Source: Glaucostegus cemiculus (lineage: Eukaryota). From it: a stretch of 64,000 nucleotides of DNA. The stretch spans positions 28,768,001-28,832,000 of the forward strand of contig CDPCPM010000056.1 in assembly GCA_976551045.1 (NCBI GenBank), written 5' to 3'. How positions within the stretch are numbered: the first letter of the stretch is position 1; every line of letters begins with the position of its first letter. A model generated the notes under the pieces. It had not been told where the DNA came from and ran no database searches. It was given only the letters and a program-made list of their open reading frames with translations. Shown one piece after another: positions 10,301 through 23,700 of this stretch. Both the position numbers and the translations under genes were made by a program.

Positions 10301-13300
10301 TATTGTTGTGGGCCTCCCTCTCCCCTCTCAAAATTTTGCACGGAAATAATTCCTTGGGAGTCAAAGAGTTGTGCAGTTCTTTTTAGCCCTTCCTGGGCCT
10401 TCTCTGTCATATTAGAACAGTGTGGAGCCATTCAAGTTTCCCAAATCCCATCTGTCTGGTGACAGATATATTGATAAGCACTTTCTTCCAATTTGGGATG
10501 ATATCAGCATTCCTAGCGACAGGTGACTATTCTGTAGGTGGAGCAAGGAGCTCATAGTTTTCTCCCATAGTACTAATTTCTCTTCAGCACAAAGGCAATG
10601 GAATTACAAATAATTTTGAGGCATAAATCTTTTTTCTTCTTATCCAGTAGGGCTATTTGTTCCGCAGTTAGATTCAAGTGTTGCTCTAAGATATTCCATT
10701 TAGAGAACAGTAGAATGCCATCATTTCAGGTGATAATTGGGCATTCTTGATATCAGGGATAGCAAGGAAAACATCAGGAACTATTATCTCCAAATGTCTA
10801 CACGTGATTTTCTGTTGTGATTTGCAGTACTACTGCTCAACATTGTGAGATGAATATTGTTTGAAATTCTAAGGGATTTTACAGTAAAACATTGGGTATT
10901 GGTCTTGCCTTCGCTTCAGATTAAGAATGTTGCTAAACTGCAGGAAGCTTTGCACTTGGTATAGTTTAACAGTAGCATGATCCAACAGTATAGCACTTAC
11001 ACTTTAATGGACTGAGCTGCATTTAATTATGCTACTATGACCAAAGTGGAAGACCTTTTCCCACTACATTGTTCTCCTTCACTCAGGACTAAAATATTTT
11101 AACAACTTAATTATTTTTGACATCATTGTAGTTGCAGTGAGAAAAATTCATATTATTAATCACTTTCTAACCAGTAAGAATAATCTGGACTTTACCCAAA
11201 TGCTTCTTGTTCAACAATACATGCTGATGCATTATTTTTTTTTACATATTGTACATATCAATAAACATATTCCAAAAAAGAGTCATTTTAAAATTGTCAA
11301 CTGATAGTCTAATAATAATAGTGAAATGTTGAAATGTTGGCTGCTTCAACATTCTTTTGAGGATTCATTAAATCATTGGAGCTTCTGTGACTTCCAACAA
11401 GTGATTTCAGTGGCATCTATTGTTTGCTACAAGACTTGCTTTCTAGATGTAAGCTGCCATGATTTTTCAATAGCGTGCAACTTTTTCTGTGACTAATGTC
11501 AACATCAGACCATGATTGGCTGCAAGGAGGTAGACTTATGTGACTTGGGACCCTGCAACACCATACCCCCACATTACATCCCATACAAAAACAAGGAATG
11601 CATTCAGTGGAAGTTACTGAATGACGATCCTCAAGATGGAAATGCAGTGATCCACTACATTGAATCTTTTGGGTTTTTTTTTCACTTTCCTTGTTACGTG
11701 GTACTTCCACTCCACTTCTACTACCACTGCCTCTAACAAATCCCCACATGCCCTCCACACACTTCCAATCCCTCCCTGGCATCATTTTCTTTCAAACAAA
11801 TAACAATAGTTTTGTTGAGAATGTGCCTTTTGTGTAACAGTATTGGTCTTTTTACTTTTTCTCTTCTTGTTCAAGGGAACACCCATGTGTTGATCTGTGC
11901 TTCAGTAATCTGCTGATGCTATGTTGAACAATTCAGTCTCGTACAACCTTGGCATTTGTTCTAAAATAAATGACTAAGGTGACTTTGCCAAAACAGCTTT
12001 TATTATTTCCCATAAAAAAACTAATAATTTCATCACACAGTAACTTACAATTCAATACAAATGCTCATTCTCACAGTTTAAAATAAAACAATGATCTGGA
12101 TTTCACAGTTAGTGGTAATGTGACTGTACTTACATAAATTCAGCAATATTTGTGCCAAGGACTTTCCCTTTTCCAGTGTCTTTTGCTTCCGACAATCAGT
12201 TCAAGGGGACCCTTGATGACCACAAGCCACGATGTCATAAAGCCGGCTGACCAAACAATTATTTTGAAGAATTCTCACAGATGCAGAAGGGAAAATGCAG
12301 AAATTATAGCTAATCTTCTAAGTGATTTAAAGAGCATGAGATAAATATTGAAACAGTAACATATTGTCAAGGTAGAAGCTGAAAGATCCTAAATAAACTT
12401 TCCTAAAAAAATGCCAAAAGTATACATTATAATGCAGTAAATGTTAGGGATTTTTCTAAGTGAATTACAGTACACTTAGACTGGTGTCTTCAGGCCAAGG
12501 AATAATAATAGCATTGTGCACCATTAAATTATCTTTCATCTCATGCAAGTCATACTTCTAAGGTACTTAACAGTGAGATTAATTCTTAAATACTTGTGCC
12601 TAAAAATTATTTTGCATAATACTGCTTTTTTAAATCCTTCACTTTTGAAAATTATTTTTTTCTGTATTGAATTCTGATAGTGCAAGTTACATTTTTGAAC
12701 TATGTTAGCCAGGAAATTAGACCAGGCATTTCCTGTCACAATGCATATTCATGAAACATCACCCATTTGCCACTTTGGGCATTTACAGAGTGAAGATAAT
12801 CTTTGTACAAAGCTTGCTTAGAGCATTGCTGGGAGAAATTGGGTACCGTTACTTCAAGTCAGACCACCAGATAAGTATTGGAACATTGATGTACGATTTA
12901 CATAGAAGCTGAAATACCCCAAAATAAACTTGTTTTCACAGCTGTACCTTCTGTACAGAGTGGAAATGATGTGCTTCTGATTCAGCACAACCTCCTGCAT
13001 GAAGCTAGAGACAAACTCTTTCTTGTACCTTGTATAACTCTTGCAGTCTAACAAGCAGATCAGACAGTGCCTAGACTCATGCAGCTTGGTTTATATGGTT
13101 GCATTAGCCAGCTGGAACTTTGTTGGTTTTGCATGAAGCTTGCAATGTAAATCTGTATCCCTGCTGCATTGGCCTGATTTGGCACCTGTAGCATTCGATT
13201 AGTGCAACAGTACAGGAATAGAAAAAGCTTCTAAGCACTGAAATTTTCAGGAATTCATTAATTTCCCTCAATTGCAGTGGAGAAAGCCACAATCAGTAGA

Positions 13301-13439
13301 CCTGTGGTAAAGGGCTAAGTTGCAGACAGCAACTGGAAGGAATATTGGTATTAAGCTATGTTTGCAGTGAATGTTACTATCAATGTCATAATGCAGTGAT
13401 GCTGAACACCAACAACATCTTCAATATTATAGATGCCGT

Positions 13440-13610
13440 TTCATAGGATCGTAGAATTGTACAGCACAGAGCAGGCCCTTTCTGCCCACCTTGTCCATTC
13501 CAACCATAATGCCTGTCTACGCTAATCCCGTTTGCCTGCATTAGGTCTGTATGCCTGTAGTCCTTTCGTAACCAAGTAACTGTCCAAACACCTTTTAAAC
13601 ATTGTAATTC
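13440..13610 (-). mobile_element. CR1/HER1 3' tail fragment
   Basis: TACAGCACAGAGCAGGCCCTTTCTGCCC...TCCAAACACCTTTTAAAC; minus frame ITMFKRCLDSYL. Confidence 0.8.
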
Positions 13611-14719
13611 TATCTGCAAACATATCTGAAATAGAATTTTCAGAATGGCAAGCACACATTTGAAAATCTGCCAGGTATAGAAGGCTGACAAAAGAATACA
13701 GGAGATTATCCTTCATTATAAATTTTTTAGTTCTCCTTGAGAGAAAACCTTAAAATAAAACCTCTTGTCAACTGTTTTCTCACTTGCTTTAATGCAAAGT
13801 TAAGATAATAAATCAAACAATTATTCGTTAACTGCTTTGTTATGGTGTGATTCTTCCTTGCTTGTATTAATTTATTTTAAGAAATGGAGTTGAATGTAGA
13901 TTCAGTTACACCTGGTCTATATGATGTCACTTGAATAATGTTACACAGATGCATAATTTTAGAGAATTCATATTAAACATGGATCAATATAACAGAGCGT
14001 TGAAAACACACTTTAACTTCCCAACAACTTCCCAATGCAATTTAGAACAGTGGATTCTCACAGTTCCTAAGGGAACAAAGGAATACAGATTATGTTCTAC
14101 TACTTAAATTTTCTCAGAAGGTTGGTATTCTACTGCAAGAATTAGCAGGTGGTTATTTAAAATTTCAAGAAGGCATCATAAAAACAGTACAATTTTAATA
14201 CATAAGAAACAAATAACAAAAGTTAGTGGAAACAGGTAACAATGAATCTTCTTAAAGGATGAATTTTCTCTACGCAGATTTTCATATATTTGACTGTCCT
14301 TAATTAATTTGAAGGGTGCCTTTTGCTAAACCTGTGCTTTCTCTCACTTCCAAGTAAAATGAAAGATAAGACATCACATTTGTGGCCCCTCAGCTACAAA
14401 TGATTTGCTTCTCTTTGGATAGAGTTCACCACCCACAACCCCCACCCTCCACCCTCCATGTTCCTTCACACAGCAAATAATCCATTTGCAGCAAGACTGC
14501 AGAGAGGAATATGGCAGATAAAAACTTAACGTGTCTTGGTGTCCTCTATTTACCATTTTTTGGGAAAGCACAAAACTAAGAATAAATTTTATTTTATTAC
14601 ATACAGTGGCTAGTTTCAGTACTCTTTCAAAACAAAAGTTAATTATAACTGGGCTGAAGCCAGGAAGGAGAACAGAAATTAAGCTTTAAACTAAAATGAT
14701 AGGTGAACTGTGGTTTTGT

Positions 14720-15020
14720 TGAGACTAGCAAGAGTCTAATGGATGTTGAGAGACTGTTTTCTCATAATAGTGAACCTGGAATGGGCTAACTGGATCCTGG
14801 ATAAAGGGTCAGCTTTTGAGGACTGAAATGCAGTGAAATTTCTTTATGCACAGGGTAATAAATGTTTGAAATTTTTTACACTAGAGGGCCGCAAATGCTC
14901 AGTCATTCAGTGCATTCCAGAGTGAGATCAATAGATCTTTTGGACCAAGAGATTATTGGGAAATTGGATTTGAAGTGTTGGATCAGCCATGATTTTACCT
15001 CTGATTCTCCTCTGTACAGT
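14720..15020 (+). mobile_element. Old CR1 3' fragment
   Basis: AGGACTGAAATG...AAATTTCTTT..CACAGGGT, GAGATCAATAGAT, GATCAGCCATGAT. Confidence 0.7.
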
Positions 15021-15369
15021 TCTAAATAGATAGCAATATTTATATCCATTGCTACTTTCATTTTAGATCTCACCAAAGGTCAGTAACAAATCAAGCACAT
15101 TAAATCTCTTTACATGTAGAATTTAAGGAGACACATCAAAACTCAATAGGTGTGGTTGCATAGTCAACTTCAGTCATGACTTTCATGTATCAATGGATTC
15201 AGGTGTACCTATTCTGGTATTCTTGAATTCCTTCGGATACTGAACTTAGGATGTGGTTATTAGTGATTGGTGAAGTTGCTATTTTGGAAGTTCAACTGTA
15301 GATATAAGATCTAGAACAGCATGCTGTCCCTTCCTGCTCATGAATCCACACTGCTTTTGAATTCCTTGT

Positions 15370-15970
15370 GAAATCTCATATGTCTGAAGCTGTAGCACAG
15401 TCTTTGGTTGCCATACTTAGAAATGAAGCAAAGAAGATGGGCCAATGGGTAATTATAAAGGGAAATCGAATAAAACAAAAAAATGCATTCAATATTGTTA
15501 ATCAAGTTTATCAAGCTCATTCCTCCTTAAAGAATGGTTTCATTCTTCAGTCTTCAAGAACATTGATTTTTCTTATTCTGGACTCTGAGTTTACCTGCCA
15601 ATATTATCATGACTGCTCATACCTGGTGAAAAGAAGGCGGGATCTGAATCTTCCTCATTGCTTCTGCATTGTGCTCCACCTAGTGGTCCGGCCTAGATGA
15701 TTGTCCTCCCAAATTATTCTTGCACAAATCACCTGCAATTTTTAATTTGTATTTGTGTTGTGCAGGAATTGACATCATCGTCTTCTCAATCAGCAAGAAC
15801 AGATTCCGTCTACTAGTTGTAGCAAACTCTGATCTACACACCACCAGTAAACTCCAGCATAAGATTTGTAATCCAAATGCGATACAACTCGAAGAGAACA
15901 TCATGTCTGTTTCTAATAGAGCTATTACAGTTGGAGACATTTGTATATATTTTGGTTCACACAATTAATT
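15370..15970 (+). mobile_element. Highly degraded non-LTR (RTE-like) RT relic
   Basis: Collinear echoes of RT motifs: KNAFNIV (KAFD.V), VKRRRDLNLPHCFCIV (GVRQG..SP.LF), AGIDIIVFS (YADD.V), TVGDICIYFGS (V..F.YLGS). Confidence 0.5.
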
Positions 15971-17965
15971 CAATAAAATCTAAATTCTATAAACATATTC
16001 TTCCTACTTATAGCTGTTCCTTTCTATTGAAATGAAGGGAGTCACTGAGCTGCAGCAGGCTTGACCTGATGCAAGCTCAGCAGGCAGATTTCCCAGCATA
16101 ACTGCTGGGGAGCTTGCTGGAAGTTGGAAATTTTCCCAGGAAAATTTGAACCATTGTAGAATTAGTCTCGTTTTCAACATAATGAGCTAAATCATATAAG
16201 ACAGTATAATAGGGAATCCTAAAAAAAAGGAAAGTTATAGCATCAACAAAAATAATAATAATTGATAAAATAATGAATCAAAAGTAAGTAAGAGGGAGAA
16301 AAAAGAGCAGCGAAGAGGAGCTAAATGTAAGATGGCGTTTACTTTTCAGAACAAATGCTGCTTTATATTAGGGTTAATGTTAACCTTTTCTGGAATGTAC
16401 AATATAGTCACTGAGAAAGGGTTATAAGAATGACTTTTACTTTCTAAGCAGAAACTAAACATGGATTCAAAGTAAATATTGTAACTGGCCAAGAAATTTC
16501 CTTCAGCACAATTTAAAGAAAATTAAAGGAAAGAAGAAAACATACACACTTCTTGAAAATGTTTACAATTAAGAGCAACAACAAACCAGTAGAAATTGGC
16601 TTCTGTAAGATGGTTGGAACCAGAAACTGAGCAACCCTTTCCTTACTGAGGCAATGCAGATGTACAAACCACCATTCCCATAGTTGGAAGGAAGGCATTT
16701 CTACCATCATTAGCAAAAAGGCTGTGGTAGGAAGAGGCTGAGACAGTGGTTACTGCAGCCAAGTCCAGTGTCCAGTAACAACAAATGTTCTGTTAAAAAT
16801 CAGCTCCTTCCTCTCATAGTCCATTAGGTAAAATGAATCTGCCCTGCAGCATTCTCTCTGTTGGTAATACAGTTTTATATTAAAAATAATACATGTGTTT
16901 GGGTTGCAGCATTGGGTCCATCAAAGGGCTGAGAAGAATTACCAGAGACAGTTGTGGCTTAGAAGCAAATGGCACTCGAGTGAAGCAGGCCCAGGCAGAT
17001 TGTACATACCATAGGGGATTGAATATTTGGAGACCAGAGGTCACATTTACAAAAGACTAAATTGTAATTTAGTCTTTTAATGTATTTTTTAAATTAAAAA
17101 AAAATATTTTAAAGACCAAAAATAATTTGTAAGACTAAATTGTTCATTGCACAAATGTTTTAACTCAAGTGTTGGAGATGGGATTTGACAAGCTGACTTT
17201 TAACATCTTCCTACAGTCTACTGGGGTGGGAGTATTACTGGAAAGAATTTGAAAAGTTGCTATTACAGTGCACTGTAGATTTATTCTGGATTCACTGGGT
17301 CAATGTTTTTATATATTCCACAAATAAATTTCCAGGTAGTTGGACAATTTGGACAGGGATAATTTTTTTTTAATTGATTGGCATAAGATTTGTATGTAAT
17401 GCTATTTTAAAAGCTTGACATATTTATTTCTCTTGATGTCTGATTTAAGTAGTGATGGAATATACTTAGCACAGTTATTTCAATATTTTCACTTTGTAGA
17501 ATTCTACAGACACAACTGTTTTTATTTTTAGTTGTATTATCTCTGCACTCTGCATGTAGTCATAAGTCTAATATATGACATGGCAGCAATGCATTCTTTC
17601 ATCTCAGCTGCTACATTTTGATTTGGATGCATGTTGATTATTTAGCCTTTTGCCTTTTTCATGCACTAACAAGATGGCCTATATCTGCTGCACTTCCCAG
17701 CTTCCAAGGAAACTATCTAAAGATATGATTCACTTATCAGAAAACAAATCCAGTGATGATTCCACCAGCTGCCACTGGTACATTCTGTGCTCATGTTATT
17801 TTGGGATATGCAGTGTCTATTTGCTTTGTAGAGCTCTTCAAAAATGGGCCACTTCATCAGGCTTTTTATGCTTTCAGGAAAAGGAGCCACCTTATCATGC
17901 TGAAGGTTTTTCTTCCCTATTCTTGATGCTGATAATTTCTGGAGCATTGGAATTGATTTCAGAAT

Positions 17966-17992
17966 TGTGTGTGTGTGTGTGTGTGTGTGTGT
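17966..17992. repeat. (TG)n microsatellite
   Basis: Direct reading. Confidence 0.98.
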
Positions 17993-18954
17993 CTTTTGGG
18001 GGGTGGGGGAGAATGTACAGTGTAAGCAATACAGGCAGTGTAAAGGGAAGCAGGATCACAGTGGGCACCTTAGAAGGGAAAGTAAGTACTAACTGTAATA
18101 AAAATGTAAAAAGTTTGAAAGAGGTCAAAAAGGATAAGACATTAAAGGAAATCAGGATGTGAAATAGAAAAAAACAAAAAAATGCCAAGACAATGTCAAA
18201 ATAATACAATATAATTACTGCTACTTCACTGACCAACCCTCATTACTCATTAAAATCATTGCTAATTTGTTATACAATACTGTACTTTTAAGCTGGTTAC
18301 AGTCCAGTAAGAAAGGAAATCCCCCAGGCTCTTCCAATATGCACATCCTGTTTCTGTCAGTGTGGTTTGGCAACATTGTGAGACTATTGCAGGCTGTCAT
18401 CTGCAGCTTGCTAGTCACATAGGCCTCAGCAAAATGAAAGGTGCCCCAGTGTGTGAAATCATGTCTGATCCAGCTGCTTTGCTAATAACTGTATTCTGTC
18501 ATTTCAAGCCTATTTCGCTCTGTCAAGATACAGGCCCAGAAATGCCTATTCTGCTCAGCTTAGTGGGTGTTTTATTTTACAAGTAACTTTGCACAGCAAG
18601 TATTTTTTGGCATTTCAGCTAGTTTAAAATACAAAAAAGATAGATTGAAGTACTGAGGAGCTACAATTACTTTTCACAAAATATTTTTCCTACACTGTAT
18701 TAAATTAAAATAAGCTTTCAAAAATAAACTGCGTAATAGAAAGCTTCTAGTTACCTCTAGTGCTTGACTAATACTTGTTAGTTTTTTCTCTATTGCTAGT
18801 TGGCTGCTTAGAATTACATAGTTTTAAGAGTATTAGCGTTAATTCAAAATTAGTTATATTAAGAGCTAATATTCTTCATCTATTTATTTATAATTCCATA
18901 CTTGGTCTTCCGAAGATACTAATTTTGCTGGAATTTGCTTGCAAGGATATCCTT

Positions 18955-19230
18955 TTTTCACTCATGTGTGTCTAGACTCTAAGTGTTAATATGCAACTAA
19001 ATAAAGGAAAGCATCAAATAGAGTTCAATTCTGACCCAAAGTCCATGTAATTCTATATAAGTACAGGAGTCATTGCATAACAATCACAGCCAGGAACCCT
19101 ACCTGACTACTTCCTGCCTAGCCCCTGGGCGCTGAGGCTAACTGTGGAGCTTTAATCAAAATCAGCTAACTCAACATAGGCCAAGAACTGAACTCAGGAT
19201 CTTTTGATCTGCTTGTGCCACCTCTGTTTA
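18955..19230 (-). mobile_element. Ancient SINE, AmnSINE2-like
   Basis: Minus strand reads GTTGAGTTAGCTGAT...CCTCAGCGCCCAGGGGCTAGGCAGG...GGGTTCCTGG...GTCTAGACACACATGA. Family name is from memory. Confidence 0.55.
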
Positions 19231-21447
19231 TGCTTTTAATACAAAATCTTAAGGAGAGTCCTATTTAAACGCAATGTTAACATGAGCTAATGGGTATGAA
19301 ATCTAATTTTCAAGCTTTAATTTTTCTGCCTGCTTTCAGTGAGAACTCTATTCCCAGCCAGACATGACTGGTGTTTCACAATATCAATCTAGACAGTGAT
19401 TGTATTGTAAGTGCCTGAGATTGATTTTACACACATAATTTGTAAGTACCCATCTTCCACTCATTGCATTTTGAAATAACCCTACCTTTATTGTTGCTGT
19501 AGTTTCTATCATGATTTCTGTGTCTGTTCTTTAAATAGACTGTTTTCTAAGTAAATTAACTCTGTTTGCTGCATAAATGTTTGCAATGAACCCAGATCTG
19601 CCCTGCCTTCGACTCATTGGCTGACACTCACTTGGAGGAAATGTCATTGCTCTTCCTTTAATCCCCTGCAGTCAATTCTTTGTAAGATTAAGAACTCTAG
19701 AAAGATGCAGAACAAAGTGTAACAATGAAATATGTAATTCTATGGAATGTTATGAAGGAAAGATTTTCGCCACATTTTAATATGTTTGGTAAGATGATAA
19801 GAGTATCTGAAGGCAGAAATCTCACATACCTAACCTCAATGATTGCTGAGAGTAAGGAGAGAGCTGGAAAAATTCTCTTAGAATGCCAGGTCACAGATTT
19901 CCCATAGACGAAGAGATACTCAGTAACCGATGATTAGCTCCAGCTGCTTTTACACTGATGCAGTCTGAATCTGGTGATCAGCTCCTGGGGTTTGTATTGC
20001 TAAATCTAGCTCCTTTATTTCATCAGCAGTACTTTAGACTCACTACAAAGTGGAAGTTTTACCACTGATATTCTGCCCATAATTTTGTTAACTGGTATAT
20101 AACTACAATAGACATTGACATGAAACTGTCATGTACTTGCCAGGATCTAACTGCACTGTACTTGCAACCCCGGCAAAGAAATTAGGAATAGCCCTGAACA
20201 ACGCTTATGGTGAGGTTCTTGTTATAATCTTAAAGGTGCAAGCCCAGCTGTACCTTTTAGAAATTATATCATGGCATGCATAAACCATACAATCTTATCA
20301 CAATAGCCTAACCTCAGACTGAGCAAATTTCAAAAATAAAATAATTATTTTGTTAATAGCTCATCAAACCAGGCCGTGTTATTCCATTTTTATCTGCATT
20401 GTCAAATAAGGAGAGTGCTGGTGGTGACAGGCAGTGTAGATAACTAACTGAATAAGCTAAGAGCAGATTCTGACATCGATGAAACAGTCACCAGAAGGGG
20501 TCCTAATAATGGTCATATTTATGTTATAAAAATTAGTGAAGAAACAATGGGGATTGCAATGGACAGGCAACACCGAGGTGAGCTCAACTTTTACCTTCTC
20601 CTTGGTGCATTGCAAAGCCATTATGTGTTCTGTCTTGTGGGGTTAGAGCATTCCTTCCAGCATCATGTCCACCCACATTTGATTGTACCACTGGAATTTG
20701 ACTCTCCCAATTTCAGCTGCTTCCAGCAGTTATTTTGAAATCATTTTGCTTCATGCAGGATTCAGCACCGGTACGTTTCTCCACACTCAGTAGTAGCACT
20801 GCTAATACTCACATTGTTAAAATGGAGCACCCTTTACCTTCCTCCCTGGCAGTATCCATCCAATTATGCCAGAGAAGCAGAATATAATTGTTAGTTAATA
20901 CAAGAAAGGGATTTTAAACTTAGCATATGAATAGCAACAATAGTATAACCTTTCAAACTGCAAAGTGACTTAATTACTGTCTTGAAAGAAACTCAAGATT
21001 ATTAAACAGCAATGTCTATTTATACAGTGTCCTCAACATACAGAGAGGCATACCAAGACACTTTACAAAGGTGTCAACAAATAAATATCAACCTCTTTGG
21101 ATTTTAAATGTGGTTAATTAAAATTTTTAAATTAACTAATTTCAGTAATGGTGCCCATGAACCAACAAAATTATTCTAGACTTCTATCTAGTTCAGGAAA
21201 GGAAATCTGAGTATTGAGTATCTTGTCTTTGTGACTCCAGACCTACTACAATATAGCTGACTCCTAATTGATTTCTCTGTTACTATTTAGCAAGCCATTC
21301 AGTTGTATTAATAGCACTGCACTGAAACGCAATATAAAATCAGATGGACTATCCAGAATTAATCTTGACACCAAACTCAAACATAGCAGAATTGCACCCA
21401 GCCCAGTCAAACCAAAGTCCAACTCACAAATATTTAGAAATCAATAA

Positions 21448-22175
21448 TCTGCAGATGCTGGAAACCTGAAATAAAATCAGAAAATGTTGGAAGCACTCAG
21501 AAGGTCAGGCAGCATCAGTGGAAAGAGAAACAGCGTTAACATTTCATAGCAACCCTGAGCTTCCTGTCACCTGCCACTTTAATTCTCCATCTCACTCCCA
21601 CTCTGAACAATCTATCTGTGGTTTCCAACACTGCTATAATGAGGCCCAAAGTAAGCTTCAGGAACAACACCTCGTCTTCCACTTGGGCACATTGTAGCCT
21701 TGCACACCAATATTGAGTTCTACAACATCAGGTAATTAGTTGTCTCTGTCTGTAACAGAATAGGCCATATCATCCATCTGCGATACAGGCTCTGCCTTTC
21801 TCTATCCATTAACACAGCCTGACCTGAAGGACATGTCCTGTAATCCTGCATTTCACAACTCTTACATTCCTTTGTCTGTGTTCTCACTCTCCAGCTGCCC
21901 TCAGTTCATAGCTTTTATGAACAATGAACCATGTTCTTTCTTGCTAACTGACCCCATGACTTTGTTTACAGTTTAATCCCAGGGCAACATTGATCTCACC
22001 CTGTTAAAGATATTGGCCTTGTCCTGTATGTCTCTACCCCACCCTTCCCTCAGCTTGACACCGACTTGTTTTCTCTCCCCAGTTCTGACAAAGGGGCTTG
22101 ACCTGAAACTTTAACTCTGTTTCTCTTTCCAGATATACTACCTGACCTGCTGAGTTTTTCCAGCATTTACTGTTT
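21448..22175 (+). mobile_element. Penelope-like element: inverted terminal segment, GIY-YIG C-terminus, 3' pLTR with hammerhead core
   Basis: 21555-21735 translates PELPVTCHFNSPSHSHSEQSICGFQHCYNEAQSKLQEQHLVFHLGTL. Bases 21448-21545 are the reverse complement of 22105-22175. A hammerhead-like core lies at 22081-22118. Confidence 0.85.
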
Positions 22176-22184
22176 TTACTTCAT

Positions 22185-22600
22185 AAACATTTTGGAACTG
22201 GTATCCATATTGGGAGAGCAGTCACACTGGCTTATCAAGCAACATCCTGATTTAGTCATCCTCACAGAATTACATCTTACAGAAGTGCCAAACATGTCCA
22301 GCAATATCCTCACAATTGTCCTGCCCCACCAGCAGAACAGACTCACCAGATGCAGACACTCAGTGGTATAAAGTCAGGAAGGAATGGCCCTGGGACTTTG
22401 CAACATTCATTCCAGACTCCTTGAAGTTTCATGGCACCAGACCAACTGCAGGCTAACAAAACTCCTGATGATTACCACCTACCATCCTTTCTCAACTGAT
22501 GAATCAGTACTCCTCGTATTGAACAACACTTGGAAAAATCATTAGGAGTAGCAAGGGATCAGAATGTACTCTGAGTGGGGGACTTCAATGCCTATCATTA
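22185..22600 (+). mobile_element. Old CR1-group LINE, AP-endonuclease fragment
   Basis: KQHPDLVILTE...LLMITTYHPFSTDESVLL...QNVL*VGDFN. Confidence 0.8.
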
Positions 22601-22614
22601 GGTTGACTCCTGGA

Positions 22615-23065
22615 GGGTTGAAAGGGTGTCTTATAAGAAAAGGTTGAGCAAGTTGAGCATATTCTCACCGGAGTTTAGAAGAAGGAGGGGTAAACTTATT
22701 GAATCATATAAGATTCCAAGGAGACTTGACAAGGTAGAGATTGGAAGGACGTTGGAAAGAAAATCTAAAACCCACAATTTCTGAATAAGGGGTAACCCAT
22801 TTAAGGTGAAGATGAGAAGGAACTTCTTTCCTCGGAAAGTTTTGAGTCGTTGGATTACACTGCTCACAGAGACCTGTGGAGGCTGAGTCATTAGGTATAT
22901 TCAAAGATGAAATAAATATATTTTTAGTCGGTATAGGAGCCGAGGATTACGGCAATCAGGCAGGAAAGTGGAACTGAGGCCAAAATCTGATCAGTCGTGA
23001 TCTTAATGAATAGCAGAGCAGTCTCAAAGAGTGATATCATGTATCTTGCTCCTATTTCTCATGTT
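22615..23065 (+). mobile_element. Degenerate CR1 LINE 3' fragment
   Basis: YKKRLSKLSIFSPEFRRRRGKLIE-like coding, AAGATGAGAAGGAACTTCTT, and tail ending CTTGCTCCTATTTCTCATGTT. Confidence 0.85.
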
Positions 23066-23439
23066 GTTAAATATTGCACTTTGCTGCAAGACGTGTACAT
23101 GAAATTTTAATGGCATACCAAGTCAGAATTACTCCTTTACCAAAATCTCTGGACCTAAAAAGGTTATTACACATTTGTCTGTCAGAAATCATCGAAATCC
23201 TCCTAATCTGAACTTAACCCACTCATTCAATAAACCCAAGATTGCAGCAGTTTGTTTATTCTACCATGTTAGCTGTAAACTTGTCTTCTCATCAGTCATC
23301 CTTGCAGATGCAACTTTGATGTCAATTGTTACCAAATTATGTGCAGTTTGGTACTTCAGTTCCGTATCCTAGCTTTGACTATATTTGTGCTGTAAAATAC
23401 TTTTAATTTAAGTTTTAGAAGACTGAAAAATTTGTATCT

Positions 23440-23700
23440 ATTATATTATAGAGGAATATACAGAATAAGAAGAGTAGGGTGTCCCTTTGAGCCCAAGAAG
23501 AACATGTCTGATCCATCTCTGCACTATCCCCATATCTCTGGATTCCCTTCCATAGATTTTCATATTTTAAGTGAATCAAGAACCCAGGACCAGGCAATAG
23601 AGTGGAGTTGGCATCAAGACAGGATCAACAAATTCTTGTTGAATGATGGAGCAGGCTCAAAGTGTCTATTCCTGCTTGTCTTTTTTTTATGTTCTTATAA
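23440..23700 (+). mobile_element. CR1 tail fragments, partly inverted (head-to-head tails)
   Basis: Reverse tail AGAATAAGAAGAGTAGG followed by forward tail GAATGATGGAGCAGGCTCAAAG...CCTGCTTGTC...TATGTTCTTA. Confidence 0.6.

Noticed and set aside
11512-11736. 74-aa ORF with Cys/His residues
   Set aside because: It is short, with no recognisable family. At most it faintly resembles a LINE C-terminal zinc-knuckle region, which is too weak to call.
15720-15968. Possible exon after a good-looking acceptor (TTTGTGTTGTGCAG|G)
   Set aside because: I found no recognisable host protein or partner exons. The peptide and its upstream neighbour echo non-LTR RT motifs in order, so a LINE relic is more likely.
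17650-18236. Overlapping 170-aa and 113-aa ORFs
   Set aside because: They run through a (TG)n microsatellite and A-rich low-complexity sequence, with no protein-like signal.
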